A DNA stretch of 64,000 bases from an uncultured delta proteobacterium (GCA_963754925.1 CAVWHX010000007.1:192001-256000); one strand, 5' to 3'; shown: positions 30,594 through 41,526, numbered from the stretch's first letter. Numbers and translations: made by a program. Notes: generated by a model from the sequence alone, not told the origin.

Positions 30594-30911
30594 ATGAAAT
30601 TTGTAAAAAGAATTCGAGAATTGTTTCTACCAGAGAAAACGCCCGACTTCAGCGGCCTGCGCAATAGGTCCGCTGGACGGAGTGAACAGAGTGGCCCGCC
30701 TGGAGAATCTCAACATCGCGTAGGGACGTACCACCGAGTCATCGGTATGAATGGCGTGAGCCATGCAAAAGTTCATTATGGAATTAAGGGCTATTCCATT
30801 TTGGATAGTGCACCAAGATTCCCCTCAAAATATAAAGACATTTTTGAAAGATTACCTGGTACGCATTTTGCTGTTAGATTAAATGGGAGAATAAAGAATG
30901 GCAAAGAATAG
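30594..30911 (+). CDS. hypothetical protein
   Basis: 105-aa ORF directly after repeat A9; no recognisable motif. Confidence 0.3.
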   Translation: MKFVKRIRELFLPEKTPDFSGLRNRSAGRSEQSGPPGESQHRVGTYHRVIGMNGVSHAKVHYGIKGYSILDSAPRFPSKYKDIFERLPGTHFAVRLNGRIKNGKE

Positions 30912-31077
30912 AGAGAATCAGAACAACGCGCTTTCTAAATGAAGGAGGCTGGCTATGAAAGCCCTAAGAATTATTATCAGTGGATTAGTCGTTGGGTTGC
31001 TGTGACGTGCCCCCCGAAAACTGGACCATTTTCAATGAGAGTTCCTTCGGCTAGAATGCCGGAAAGGAGCTTGCTCA

Positions 31078-31344
31078 ATGAAAGGGAAACGGTTTTCTGA
31101 GGATAAGATCATCGGGATATTGAAAGAAGCCGAAGCGGGGGTGAAGCTGTCTGATCTGTGTCGTACGCATGGCTTCTGCGAACAAACGTACTACCGTTGG
31201 AAATCCAAGTACGGCGGGATGGACGTCAGCGAGGCGCGGCGGCTGAAGCAGCTTGAGGAAGAAAACCGAAGGCTGAAGCGTGCCGTGGCCGATCTCACTC
31301 TCGACAACCAGATCTTGAGGGATATCAACTCAAGAAAATGGTGA
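31078..31344 (+). CDS. IS3 transposase OrfA
   Basis: HTH with TYYRWKSKYGG and LEEENRRLK zipper. Confidence 0.93.
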   Translation: MKGKRFSEDKIIGILKEAEAGVKLSDLCRTHGFCEQTYYRWKSKYGGMDVSEARRLKQLEEENRRLKRAVADLTLDNQILRDINSRKW

Positions 31345-32249
31345 AGCCCGCAGCGCGAAAGCAGGCCGTTGTGCATGCCCGCGAGGAATTTGGGGTGAGC
31401 GAACGACGCGCCTGCGGGCTGATGAGGATCGGGCGATCGAGCTTTCGGTACCGTTCGGTAGGCCAACTGTATCCGCAGTTGCGGGAGCGTCTTTTAGAGC
31501 TTGCGGCGCAGCGGGTACGCTTCGGATATCGACGGTTGCAGGTGTTATTGCGGCGGGAAGGGTATGTGGTGAATCACAAGCGGGTGTATCGGCTGTATCG
31601 GCAAGAGGGATTGAGCGTGAGGAAGAAGCAGCGCAAGAGATACCGGAGCATCGCGCGGCAGCCGCTGCGTCTTCCGGAAGGACTCAACGAGCGATGGTCG
31701 ATGGATTTTCTATCTGATTGTCTCTCAGATGGGCGACGGTTGAAGGTGTTGAGCGTGCTGGATGAATTCAGTCGAGAGAGTCTTGCCTTACCCGTAGACA
31801 CGTCCATTTCCGGCAGCCGGGTGGCCAGGATTTTGGACGATATTGCCGCTGAACGGGGTAGGTATCCCGAAGCGATGGTGACGGATAACGGTCCGGAGTT
31901 CACGAGTCGTGCGCTGGACCTCTGGGCGTACCGGCATGGGGTGCAGTTGCATTTTATCGAGCCAGGCAAGCCGGTGCAGAATGCCCTGATCGAAAGCTTC
32001 AACGGCAAATTTCGAGATGAATGTCTCAATCAACATTGGTTTATAAATCTACAAGATGCTCGTAATAAAATCGAATCATGGCGGATGGATTACAATCATG
32101 TGCGGCCACACAGCTCGCTGGGACAGGAGACACCGGCGGAGTTCGCGCGACAGTTTTCAGAGCTTCGGTCGCCTCCGGCTCCCTTCGCTCTGAAAACTGT
32201 TGTTGCTATGGATAAAGGAACGATGGTTAACCATGAACAACTCTCATAG
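31338..32249 (+). CDS. IS3 transposase OrfB (DDE)
   Basis: WSMDF, DNGPEF, ESFNGKFRDECLN; -1 frame relative to orfA. Confidence 0.93.
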   Translation: MVKPAARKQAVVHAREEFGVSERRACGLMRIGRSSFRYRSVGQLYPQLRERLLELAAQRVRFGYRRLQVLLRREGYVVNHKRVYRLYRQEGLSVRKKQRKRYRSIARQPLRLPEGLNERWSMDFLSDCLSDGRRLKVLSVLDEFSRESLALPVDTSISGSRVARILDDIAAERGRYPEAMVTDNGPEFTSRALDLWAYRHGVQLHFIEPGKPVQNALIESFNGKFRDECLNQHWFINLQDARNKIESWRMDYNHVRPHSSLGQETPAEFARQFSELRSPPAPFALKTVVAMDKGTMVNHEQLS

Positions 32250-33110
32250 AGAGTGGTCCTATGAACGGGGGCACGTCAGCTGTGGTATCAACCGTTCGTT
32301 TTGGCCAAGGAAGACACGAGCGATAACAGTCGATCAGACAATAATATGCAGTTGGCTCAGGCTAGTGAACCCCAACCACAGCCGGTGCAACCGCCTTCTC
32401 CTGCACCGACGAATTTGCCTCCCCCGCCACCAGCAGAAGTCTCCGCTCCTCCATCGGGCGAGCCGGAGGCCGCGGAGCAGCAGGTTGCTCCCACGGGCCA
32501 GTGGGTTTACACGGACCAATATGGATGGGTCTGGATGCCTTACGGAGATGCGTACACCTATGTACCACCGAGCGGAGCTGTGCCAGATATGTATGTTTAC
32601 TATCCAACCGTCGGTTGGTCCTGGGTGGTTGCGCCTTGGTTGTGGGGTTTCGGACCCATGCCGTTCTTCGGCATTTACGGCCCATGGCACTTCGGTTGGT
32701 ATGGCCATGGTTACGGTCACTGGTACGGCTTCGCGGGCCACTACGGCAATGCTGGATGGGGCGGACATGGCTACTGGCACAGTGGGCAGTGGCACGGCTA
32801 CAGCAGTTTCTCGCCTGGTCACTCAGTGTCACCACACCAAGGTGGTTACGGCGTATCTCCTCGGTCTGGGTACCGGGCGCCTGCCACACATGGTTTTGCA
32901 ATGCCCCAAAGAGGATTCGCCGGTAGAAGCAATTTCAGCAGCCATAGCGGGCATAGCTATGGCATTTCACGGGGAGGATTCTCTGGCGGAGGCAGTTTCA
33001 GCGGCCATGGTGGACATAGTTTTACTGCGTCCCGTGGCGGATCCTCCGGTGGAGGCAGCCACGGTGGTCACAGTGGAGGTGGCCACGGTGGACATGGGAG
33101 ATAGAACTTT

Positions 33111-33210
33111 TCATCTTTTCCAACATCCAGGATTGTGAGTTCACCATTTCACACTTACCGTGGGTTTGGTTGACCTGTTTTTTCTCTTGGATTTGGGTTG
33201 GGGAGGGGCA
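33111..33210 (+). repeat. A repeat copy 10 (3' part)
   Basis: TCATCTTTTCCAACATCCAGGATTGTGAGTTCACC...GGTTGGGGAGGGGCA. Confidence 0.85.
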
Positions 33211-33540
33211 GGACTTCGTCATCGCTACGAATGGAAAGCCGCCGCATAGGGCAAGTCTTGCAAAACGGTGTTCGTATGTAGCTCCAGACAATCATCAAGA
33301 AAACAATCAGTGAGCTGTTGGTTGGCCGAAAAAACGTGTGACAACAATTGACTCAAATTTGAGAGTCAATTAAGATAAGACCGGATTTCAGAAAGCTTTG
33401 TTGGAAATCATCAATACAAAGGGATTAAAAAATGCTTTTGAGTTTTCTAGAGTTAAACTTTACATTGCAAATTACATCGTCTCTTCGAACGCACGGCACC
33501 TGCTCAGGGAGTCGCGCTTCTGCTTTTTTCGGGCGCGCTA

Positions 33541-35064
33541 TTGGCTTCATCTTCTCAAGTTCGTTCAGAGGAAGGCAATACCCAGGCTGCCGACGGTGGG
33601 CGGTCCGAGCAGGCTGACGTCGCCAGGGACGTTGAAAATTCGGTCGTGAAGATCTTTTCCACAATGCGATTTCCGGATCCCGCAAGACCGTGGACCAAGC
33701 AGGCCCCTAAAGACATCACTGCGAGCGGCGTGGTCATTGCAGGCAATCGTATACTCACCAATGCTCACGTGGTGCTTTACGCGACGCAGGTCCAGGTTCA
33801 AACGAATCAGGGCGGGGACAAGATTCCTGCCTCCGTCGAAGCCGTAGCACCAGGCATCGACCTGGCAGTGCTCAAGCTCGATAACGAATCATTATTTGGT
33901 TCGCATCCCCCTCTCGCGTGCGCGAGCACCATCCCGGAGATCAGGGATCCCGTCATGGCATACGGCTTTCCGACCGGAGGCACGGGCCTGTTGATTACCA
34001 AGGGGATTGTCTCCCGGATCGAGTTCACCGGCTATAACTTCCCCGTCTTGGGCCTGCGGATCCAGATCGATGCGGCCATTAACCCCGGTAATAGCGGAGG
34101 CCCCGCGGTTGCCGGCGATACGATGATTGGCCTTGCCTTCAGCCACTTGGGGGGTGGGGCGCAGAATATCGGCTATATCATTCCCTGCGAAGAGATCGAC
34201 CTCTTTCTCAAGAATATCGCCACGGGACCGTATCACGGCAAACCGGCCCTCTTTGACCAACTGCAAACGCTGGAGAACCCGGCGCTGCGCTCCTTTCTCA
34301 AACTCAAGTCCTCGGTTGAAGGCATTGTCGTGCGAGAGCCCTTTTGCGACGATGCCTCTTGCCCCCTAAGGAAATGGGATGTCATCGTCAAGATCGGCGA
34401 TGTCCCGATCGACGATGAAGGAATGATTGGGCTAGGAAAGCGCCTGCGCGTGAATTTCCGCTACCTAGTCCAGAAGCTTGCCAAGGACGGCAAGGTCCCG
34501 CTGACCGTGGTGCGCGCAGGGAAGGAACTACCGGTGTTGGTGCCGGTCTCGCCGAAGTACCCGATGCTGATCCAAAACCTGGATGGTGCCTACCCGTCAT
34601 ACTTCATCTATGGCCCCCTCGTGTTCTCACCCGCCACGCGGGAGTTCGTTTCCGCCTTCAGCAGCGGCGCCGAGAGCTTTCTCCCTGCCTTCACCCTTAC
34701 GGGCAACCCGTTGGCAACCCGCTCCGGCGATCCGCCCGCATTCGGCGGCGAGGAGTTGGTTGTGGTGTCGTCCCCCTTTCTCCCACACAAGCTGGCGAAG
34801 GGTTACTCGAGCCCGATCACGCAGGTGGTGAAGACCATCAATGGGGTGCGGATCAAGAACCTGCGCCATCTGGTCGAGCTCCTTCGCGATACGCGCGATG
34901 AATTCATCGTCATCGAGTTCGCGCAAAAGCGCTTCAGCGAGTCGCTCGTCTTTTCGAGGAAGGACATGGTGGCTGCGACCAACGAGATTCTTAGCGATAA
35001 TGGAATCAGGTCGCAGGGGTCATCGGAAGTCATGGCCGTCTGGGGCGCTGGGCCATCCAACTGA
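33541..35064 (+). CDS. trypsin-like serine protease with PDZ domains (HtrA/Deg2-like); true start probably further upstream
   Basis: LTNAHV, DLAVL, INPGNSGGP. Confidence 0.9.
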   Translation: MASSSQVRSEEGNTQAADGGRSEQADVARDVENSVVKIFSTMRFPDPARPWTKQAPKDITASGVVIAGNRILTNAHVVLYATQVQVQTNQGGDKIPASVEAVAPGIDLAVLKLDNESLFGSHPPLACASTIPEIRDPVMAYGFPTGGTGLLITKGIVSRIEFTGYNFPVLGLRIQIDAAINPGNSGGPAVAGDTMIGLAFSHLGGGAQNIGYIIPCEEIDLFLKNIATGPYHGKPALFDQLQTLENPALRSFLKLKSSVEGIVVREPFCDDASCPLRKWDVIVKIGDVPIDDEGMIGLGKRLRVNFRYLVQKLAKDGKVPLTVVRAGKELPVLVPVSPKYPMLIQNLDGAYPSYFIYGPLVFSPATREFVSAFSSGAESFLPAFTLTGNPLATRSGDPPAFGGEELVVVSSPFLPHKLAKGYSSPITQVVKTINGVRIKNLRHLVELLRDTRDEFIVIEFAQKRFSESLVFSRKDMVAATNEILSDNGIRSQGSSEVMAVWGAGPSN

Positions 35065-35093
35065 GAGGTCACGCACTCTTAGTCTATTGGAGC

Positions 35094-35328
35094 TGTCGTT
35101 CGCAAAACTCGTCTTTATTGAAGACAAATCATTTTTCACGTCACCTGCTCTACCCTACTCCAATCTGAAATCTTGCCAGACAGTTCTGGCTCGCGCAACT
35201 GGTTCGTCATGACCTATCCAGTCTTCAAGCTCATCTTTTACAATATGCAGGATCGTGATTCACCAAGTTACGTTTACCGTGGTTTGGTTGATTTGTTTTT
35301 TACCTCGGAGTTGGGTTGAGTAGGGGCA
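35094..35328 (+). repeat. A repeat copy 11 (full length)
   Basis: TGTCGTTCGCAAAACTCGTC...GGTTGAGTAGGGGCA. Confidence 0.9.
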
Positions 35329-35397
35329 TGGCAGGATAAACACTATAAACATTGACCCCAAGTCAATAGGTGGTTTATTCTCTTTATCCGTAGATAA

Positions 35398-37635
35398 ATG
35401 AAAGAATCCAATTCAACATTTCAAAATAGGTCGAGAATTCGTAACGCGACGAAATTTTTATTTTATGTTGCTGCAATTCTCGGTGCAGGTGGTGGTTGCG
35501 GCGGTGACACAACACAACAAGCATCCACATTGAGTGTGGATCAACAAATTTACGAACAAACAGAATTGAATAGGGGAACATTTTCTTTAACATGGGATAT
35601 GCCATACGGTGGCGGCAACCTGGTAAATGGAACCAATTACTTTTATTCGACCTCGACTGGAGGGTTGACCCAATCGCCACTTACCGCAGGTCCTCAGCGA
35701 GAAACCCCGGTAGTAAGATCTTTGGACGGCGCCCTGACGGTACCGACCTTGTCGACAACACGCTACGTGCACGCCGGGCAGGTATTCGTGAGATCGGTGA
35801 TTGCTGTGCGTAGAGTTAGTTATGTTGGCAACAGTATCATTATTGATTATTTTGCGGACGACGACCACACGGTGGTCCAAACAAGTCAATTTAACGATTT
35901 TAGCGAAATCCCACTTAGCGGCATTATAGGTAATGCGCCAGAAGAGTTAGATGCTGATTATCCCATTGTGGATTGGATTAGCGCTAACAATTTTGCTGCT
36001 AATGCGCGTTGGCAGACTGGTGCCCTTTACAATAAAAGGCACGGCGCTATCGTAGGGGATACCTACATCGTTCAGGACTGCACTAATAGTTCATCAGTGG
36101 TTCATACCACAACCGCAATGATAACACCTTGCCAAACCGGTGGCACGCTGGACAACTTCTTCCCGGTCATTCTATTGTCGAGCAATGATCATCCATCCGA
36201 AATTGATTTATCTACAGATGGCACTATCACGACGATACAAGGTGTACGTATGTGGGTTGCAAATTCTCCCATCCCTTTGGATTTGAGCGTAACGCAAAGC
36301 TATCGTATCTATTATGAGATGAACGGTAAGGTATACATGGGTATATTGGAGACGGACGGTACGCCTTTCCGATATGAGCAAGCAGACGGATCTGTGGTCG
36401 ACTATTACATCGGTTTTAACCAAGCTGCCGTCAATAGTATCCAGCAGGGGTTGATTACCGGCGCTGTTGTAGCCGGTTCACAGGCTGGCAGCTCTGCTGA
36501 AGTGACGACCGTTGATCTGTTCGGGATTGGGGGACACGGCGTCAACGGCGCGCTGGCACCGGCCGACCTTCTTGTGCACTACGGCATTCCTACCGATCTC
36601 AACGGCTCCGGACAAACTATTGCTATCGTTGATGCGCCGGGAACAGGCGATGTTGTCGATGATTTGAATGTATTTAGCCAGTACTACAACTTGCCTCAAT
36701 GCAATAACGCCAACCCGTGTTTCGAGCATATTGACCTATCAAACGGTGCCGCTGTCTCAGCTACCGATGATTGGGGTGCGGAGGTAGCTCTGGATACGCA
36801 GATGGTGCATGCGTTTGCACCGGATTCCAAGATCATTTTGGTCACGGCCAACAGCCAAAGTTCCAGCGACTTATTCAGTGCCATTAATTATGCGGCGGGA
36901 TTACCAGGCGTTACCGCTGTGACGATGAGTTTTTCATATTATAATGTTTCACAGACAGACACCCAAAATGAAAACAGCCTATTGTCTGGGTTCCAATCGA
37001 ATAATGGCCTAGTCTTTTTCGCGTCCAGTGGCGATGCTGGAAATTATAATTATTATGGGGTTAGTTACCCAGCTGAGTCTCCTTACATAACGGCGGTTGG
37101 GGGTACGCGCATAAATTCAGTGTCGTGGACTTCTCCCACGCAAAGCGAGGTGGCGTGGGAGTTTTCAGGGGGCGGATTCAGTTTACACACATCGATACCA
37201 AATTGGCAGTCGTCGTATCTCAGCAGCATCGCCTCGCCCATCATCGGCGGAATGCGCTTGCTGCCTGATGTTTCGGCGGTAGCCGATTACCAGCACAGCG
37301 CAATTGCAATTTATTACAAACAACATTGGGTATTGGCAGGAGGTACGAGCGCCAGTTCTCCGATATGGGCAGGTATCAGCGCTTTGTTTGCGCAATACTT
37401 GTCTAACAAAGGTCAATCGCTACCGGCATTGGTCGAAGCAACGCCGGGGGGATTTAACGGTCTAATCTACCAAACAAGAGTGACGCAAGGCACTAACGCT
37501 GGTTTCTATGATATCGTGTCCGGAACGAATAATCTGACGACCAACACTTGCAACGTCTGTACTGCCACAATTGGGTACGATGGCGTAACGGGCTTGGGCG
37601 TACCTAATGTTACAAAACTTTTCGCGAACTTTTGA
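35398..37635 (+). CDS. S53 (sedolisin-like) peptidase, probable lipoprotein, with long N-terminal domain
   Basis: EVALD, SSGDAG, AVGGT, GGTSASSP, YDGVTGLGVP. Confidence 0.85.
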   Translation: MKESNSTFQNRSRIRNATKFLFYVAAILGAGGGCGGDTTQQASTLSVDQQIYEQTELNRGTFSLTWDMPYGGGNLVNGTNYFYSTSTGGLTQSPLTAGPQRETPVVRSLDGALTVPTLSTTRYVHAGQVFVRSVIAVRRVSYVGNSIIIDYFADDDHTVVQTSQFNDFSEIPLSGIIGNAPEELDADYPIVDWISANNFAANARWQTGALYNKRHGAIVGDTYIVQDCTNSSSVVHTTTAMITPCQTGGTLDNFFPVILLSSNDHPSEIDLSTDGTITTIQGVRMWVANSPIPLDLSVTQSYRIYYEMNGKVYMGILETDGTPFRYEQADGSVVDYYIGFNQAAVNSIQQGLITGAVVAGSQAGSSAEVTTVDLFGIGGHGVNGALAPADLLVHYGIPTDLNGSGQTIAIVDAPGTGDVVDDLNVFSQYYNLPQCNNANPCFEHIDLSNGAAVSATDDWGAEVALDTQMVHAFAPDSKIILVTANSQSSSDLFSAINYAAGLPGVTAVTMSFSYYNVSQTDTQNENSLLSGFQSNNGLVFFASSGDAGNYNYYGVSYPAESPYITAVGGTRINSVSWTSPTQSEVAWEFSGGGFSLHTSIPNWQSSYLSSIASPIIGGMRLLPDVSAVADYQHSAIAIYYKQHWVLAGGTSASSPIWAGISALFAQYLSNKGQSLPALVEATPGGFNGLIYQTRVTQGTNAGFYDIVSGTNNLTTNTCNVCTATIGYDGVTGLGVPNVTKLFANF

Positions 37636-37639
37636 GGGC

Positions 37640-37875
37640 TGTTATTCGCCAAATTTCGCCCTTATTGAAAACAGATCATTTTTCATGTCACCTGCACTAC
37701 CCAACTCCCCATTGAAATCTCGCCAGGAATCTCCGCTCACGCGGCTTAGGTTGTTATGACATATCCAGTATTCAAGCTCATCTTTTCCAACATCCAGGAT
37801 GGTGAGTTCACCAATTTGCGCTTACCGTGGTTTGGTTGAGTTTGTTTACTCCCGGGTTTGTTTTGGCGAATGACA
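37640..37875 (+). repeat. A repeat copy 12 (full length, best terminal inverted repeats)
   Basis: TGTTATTCGCCAAA...TTTTGGCGAATGACA; 4 nt after one stop codon and 11 nt before another. Confidence 0.92.
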
Positions 37876-37886
37876 CCCAGCCGATG

Positions 37887-38990
37887 TCATTTAGCGCCAG
37901 ATTTCCGTAGCAAGATAATTATTTTCTTATGGTCATTCTTTTCTGCAATTTTAAGTGGGGTAAAACCCATCGCCTCGATATAGGGATTTGCACCTTTTTC
38001 CAACAGCACCTTCACCACATCAAGATACCCTTGTTCGGCGGCAACAACGAGTGGCGTGGGACCGTCGGCAGCCTTGGCATCAATCGCAGCACCTTTCTCC
38101 AACAGTAGCTTCACCACTTCAAGATGTCCGTTCCCGGCGGCAAAAATGAGCGGCGTGGCACCTTTGTTGGTTCTGGCATCGACAGCAGCGCCTTTCTCCA
38201 GTAGTAGCTTCACCACTTCAAGATGCCCTTCCTGGGCGGCAGTTAATAGTGGCGTGAAACCGCCGTTTCTTTTAGCATCAACCGCAGCGCCTTTCTCCAG
38301 CAGTAGCTTCACCACCTCAAGATGTCCGTTCCCGGCGGCGATAAATAGTGATGTGTTGCCGTCGTTATCCTTGACATCAACCGCAGTACCTTTCTCCAAC
38401 AGTAGCTTCACTACTTCAACGTGCCCGTTCTGCGCGGCAATATGAAGTGGCGTATCGCCGTCCTTTTGCTTAGCATCAACTGCAGCGCCTTTCTCTAGGA
38501 GCAGCTTCGCCACTTCAAGATGTCCGTTCTGGGCTGAGATATGGAGCGGCGTGACATCGTCCTTTTGCTTGGTATCAACTGCAGCACCCTTCTCAAGTAG
38601 TAGCTTTACCACTCCAAGATATCCGTTCTGAGCGGAGATATAGAGCGGCGTCCATCCGTTATTAACCATCGCATCAACCGCAGCGCCTTTCTCCAGCAGT
38701 AGCTCCACCACCTCAAGATGTCCATTCCCGGCGGCGATAAAGAGTGATGTGTTAGCGTCGTTATCCTTGGCATCAACCATGGCCGGGTCGGCCTCAATCA
38801 GAGCGCGGACCTTTTGGATATCCCCCTGTTTCGCAGCATCGTGAATCGAGACCTGACTTGCACAACCCGCCAAACATAGGATTGCGAGGAATGAAGATGA
38901 AATGATCGCACTGATCGATAGGAGACCAGATGGTCCTGGCCGAGGCGTTTGTTCGGCTTTTTCGCACAATTGTTGGGCATTTGTGTTCAT
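37887..38990 (-). CDS. ankyrin-repeat lipoprotein
   Basis: About nine 33-aa TPLH.AA..GHLEVVKLLLEKGA repeats; lipobox LAGC. Confidence 0.92.
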   Translation of the reverse strand: MNTNAQQLCEKAEQTPRPGPSGLLSISAIISSSFLAILCLAGCASQVSIHDAAKQGDIQKVRALIEADPAMVDAKDNDANTSLFIAAGNGHLEVVELLLEKGAAVDAMVNNGWTPLYISAQNGYLGVVKLLLEKGAAVDTKQKDDVTPLHISAQNGHLEVAKLLLEKGAAVDAKQKDGDTPLHIAAQNGHVEVVKLLLEKGTAVDVKDNDGNTSLFIAAGNGHLEVVKLLLEKGAAVDAKRNGGFTPLLTAAQEGHLEVVKLLLEKGAAVDARTNKGATPLIFAAGNGHLEVVKLLLEKGAAIDAKAADGPTPLVVAAEQGYLDVVKVLLEKGANPYIEAMGFTPLKIAEKNDHKKIIILLRKSGAK

Positions 38991-39052
38991 TGCTTTTGAT
39001 CCTTCAAATGTTTCGACATATTTTACAACGAAAACTTTTGTGATTGATGCAA

Positions 39053-39150
39053 TTCTTTTCCAACCTACAGGATTGCGAGTTGACCAATTTACACTTACCG
39101 TGGTTTTTGTTGACTTGGTTTTTCTATCGGATTTGGGTTGGCGAGGAACA
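39053..39150 (+). repeat. A repeat copy 13 (3' part)
   Basis: TCTTTTCCAACC...GGTTGGCGAGGAACA. Confidence 0.8.
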
Positions 39151-39171
39151 GCCTTGTCTTCGGGTTTCAGG

Positions 39172-41259
39172 TCAGGGGAGGTCGCTGGCTGGAACCACCG
39201 GTAGCACCACGCTGGAAGGATAGGTCGGGCTATGGTAGATGGTGGTCACATTGCCCTTTGCTTTGGCAAGCTGTGGATTTGTCCAAACACCCTGCGCCTG
39301 ATTGCTGGAGCTGATGGCAATGCGCAGTATGTGCCCGGCGCGCACCAGAGCGGCCGCAGGGAATATCTCCACCGGCACCAGCATGGGCTCGCCCGGGATC
39401 ACCGGCAGCACCGAGGCTGCGGTGAAGGGGTGCCAGGGCTGTATCATGACGCCATTGATGTACCGTGAACGGGTCGTGTCAACTGCGCGATAGCTGGCGG
39501 CCTGCAGGCCGTCGGTCAGCGGCGTCACGTTGCCGGATAGATCGACGTCGTCGACGCGCACCGACAGCGCGGCTTCGGTCGCGGTGGTCGACATCCAGAT
39601 GTCCGCCTCGATGGGGCCGTTGATGTAGAGATCGGAGGCGAGCATGTCGGTCTGATACTGAATCGCATCTTGCGTCGCCTCGACCGTCTTATCGCTGCCA
39701 CTACAGCTGGACGACAACAGCAGGTCGAGCCCGAGCGACCACTGCAAGTCACTGATGGAGCAGTGGCTGCCGTCGTTGGGCGTGACCGTGGCCGTTACCA
39801 TGGATCCATCGCTGCTGACGCCGATGACGATGCTCGCCGGATTGGGCTCGCTGACCGTGTGGGTGGCCTCCGCCGTCACCGGGGCCGTCGTCGAAACGCT
39901 CAGGTTGCCGTGCAGGTACATCCGCACCGGCTTGGCCTGCGGATGCGGCCAATCGGTGGTGCTGGCGTAGCGGGGGATGCCGAACAGGCCATAGCCATCG
40001 ACATACTGCGTAACGGTGGGGAGTACGGCGGCGCCGGTGTTCATCCCCATCAGGTACTGGTCGAACCACTGAAGCAACAGCGCTTCGTTGCCGGGCGCGC
40101 CATTGGAGAGGCTATTGTTGGCGCCCAGCATCCCCTCGATGGCTGCGTCGACGTGGACTCCCGGCAAAATCACCAGCTTCGTGGTGACGTTGTGCTTCAG
40201 CTGCTCGAAGAGGAGGGGCTCGTCGCGCTGGAAAATGTCATGGGAGGCGCCGATGATGAAGGTCGGCACCCGAATATTGGCCGCCTTCTCCAGCGGGGAG
40301 CACACACTCCAAAAGCTGCCGTCATCGGTGGCGTAGCCGGTTTGGCCGGCTAGGGAATTGTTGACGAGCGGCAGATACCAATCATTGATGTCGGCGATAT
40401 GCAGCTTGTTCGCGGCGGCGATCTGCGTTGCATATTGCGGCCAGATGAGCTCCGCGGGGCCGTTCATAACGCTCAGCATCTGCGTCAAGGTCAACCAGTA
40501 ACCAATGAACAGGGCGTTGGGCATGCCGCCGGTGAAGACCGTGCCGCGGTAGGAATCGCCCATCGAAAGCTGCGCAAACACCGCCTTGACCGCGGGATTC
40601 TGCTGCTCGGCGGTGAGGAGGGAGGTAATGGACAGGTAGGAGGTGCCCGCCAGACCCAGATTGCCGTTGAACCATGGCTGCTGCGTGACCCAGTTGACGG
40701 TCTGCGCATAGGCTTGCTGCTCGGCGCCACCCAGCAATTGTTCCTCGCCCCCGGACATGCCGGAGCCGAGGACGTCCACCGCCACCGTGACGTAGCCGCG
40801 CTTGATCATGAAGTCGTCCCTGCCGCCGATTGCCATCGTGCCGGGAATCACCATGTCCATCACGTCAGCTTCATCGATGCGGTAGGCGGTCTGCGTCAGG
40901 ATCGCGGGAAACGTGCCGACCACGGGTTTGCCATTGGCGTCCGCCGGGACGGATACGAGCACGGCGAGCTGCTCGCCGGTCGTTAGCGTGATGAATTGCA
41001 GCGGCAATGTCACCACACCGGGATAGACTTCGGCGCGAGTGTAGTTGGTCCAGGTTGCGCCGGCGTTGCTGTAGTTCGGGGGGTTGAGCACATTGGTGCT
41101 GCCGCGCGTGCCCAGGGTGGTCGTCTGCCCCAGCGACGTGTCCGAACCATTACTAGCACCATCAGAAAGCGAATCGATTTGAACCCCGCACCCCGGCAGT
41201 AAAAAAACGAAGGCTATAGCACTGAATAATGGCACGGCACAATTAAGTCGGATATTCAT
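39172..41259 (-). CDS. CocE/NonD family hydrolase, lipoprotein
   Basis: GTSYL nucleophile, RGYVTVAVDV.G.G.SGG, GH.LRIAIS; lipobox LPGC. Confidence 0.88.
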   Translation of the reverse strand: MNIRLNCAVPLFSAIAFVFLLPGCGVQIDSLSDGASNGSDTSLGQTTTLGTRGSTNVLNPPNYSNAGATWTNYTRAEVYPGVVTLPLQFITLTTGEQLAVLVSVPADANGKPVVGTFPAILTQTAYRIDEADVMDMVIPGTMAIGGRDDFMIKRGYVTVAVDVLGSGMSGGEEQLLGGAEQQAYAQTVNWVTQQPWFNGNLGLAGTSYLSITSLLTAEQQNPAVKAVFAQLSMGDSYRGTVFTGGMPNALFIGYWLTLTQMLSVMNGPAELIWPQYATQIAAANKLHIADINDWYLPLVNNSLAGQTGYATDDGSFWSVCSPLEKAANIRVPTFIIGASHDIFQRDEPLLFEQLKHNVTTKLVILPGVHVDAAIEGMLGANNSLSNGAPGNEALLLQWFDQYLMGMNTGAAVLPTVTQYVDGYGLFGIPRYASTTDWPHPQAKPVRMYLHGNLSVSTTAPVTAEATHTVSEPNPASIVIGVSSDGSMVTATVTPNDGSHCSISDLQWSLGLDLLLSSSCSGSDKTVEATQDAIQYQTDMLASDLYINGPIEADIWMSTTATEAALSVRVDDVDLSGNVTPLTDGLQAASYRAVDTTRSRYINGVMIQPWHPFTAASVLPVIPGEPMLVPVEIFPAAALVRAGHILRIAISSSNQAQGVWTNPQLAKAKGNVTTIYHSPTYPSSVVLPVVPASDLP

Positions 41260-41526
41260 CTTCTTTTCCTTTCCGCTTGGTTTGGTGTTAATTTGGTGTT
41301 ATGGTGTATTTCTCCCCCTTCTCACGAGCCACGAGCTTGAATTCGATAATAATCCATATTCATGAACCGAATTTTTAACTCGATCCTTTAAGCATCAACT
41401 ATTTTGCAGATCAATTTTGCAGATCAATCTTCAGAAATCACACTAAAAGCCCGCCGTCAATGAAATAATAAATAAATATTGTAACAACTAATCTAAAAAT
41501 TAATATAGAATTCAATGCGTTTTGCC

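Larger units (their letters stand above)
31003..32278 (+). mobile_element. IS3-family insertion sequence (IS407-like), 1276 bp
   Basis: Inverted repeats TGACGTGCCCCC / GGGGGCACGTCA, 4-bp duplication GCTG on both sides, orfA and orfB present. Confidence 0.95.
30955..33104 (+). pseudogene. secreted Pro-rich / Trp-Gly / Gly-His-rich protein (DUF6600-like), split by IS3-family element
   Basis: Removing the IS and one GCTG joins MKALRIIISGLVVGLL (30955-31002, AGGAGG RBS) in frame to WYQPFVLAKEDT... (32283-33104). Confidence 0.85.

Noticed and set aside
31003..32278. IS3 transposase as the enzyme acting on A/B repeats
   Set aside because: Its inverted repeats are unrelated to TGTCRTTCGCC, and it is a recent insertion into cargo.
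33346..33371. Palindrome AATTGACTC-N8-GAGTCAATT upstream of the protease
   Set aside because: Could be an operator, but no regulator is nearby and there is no convincing second copy.
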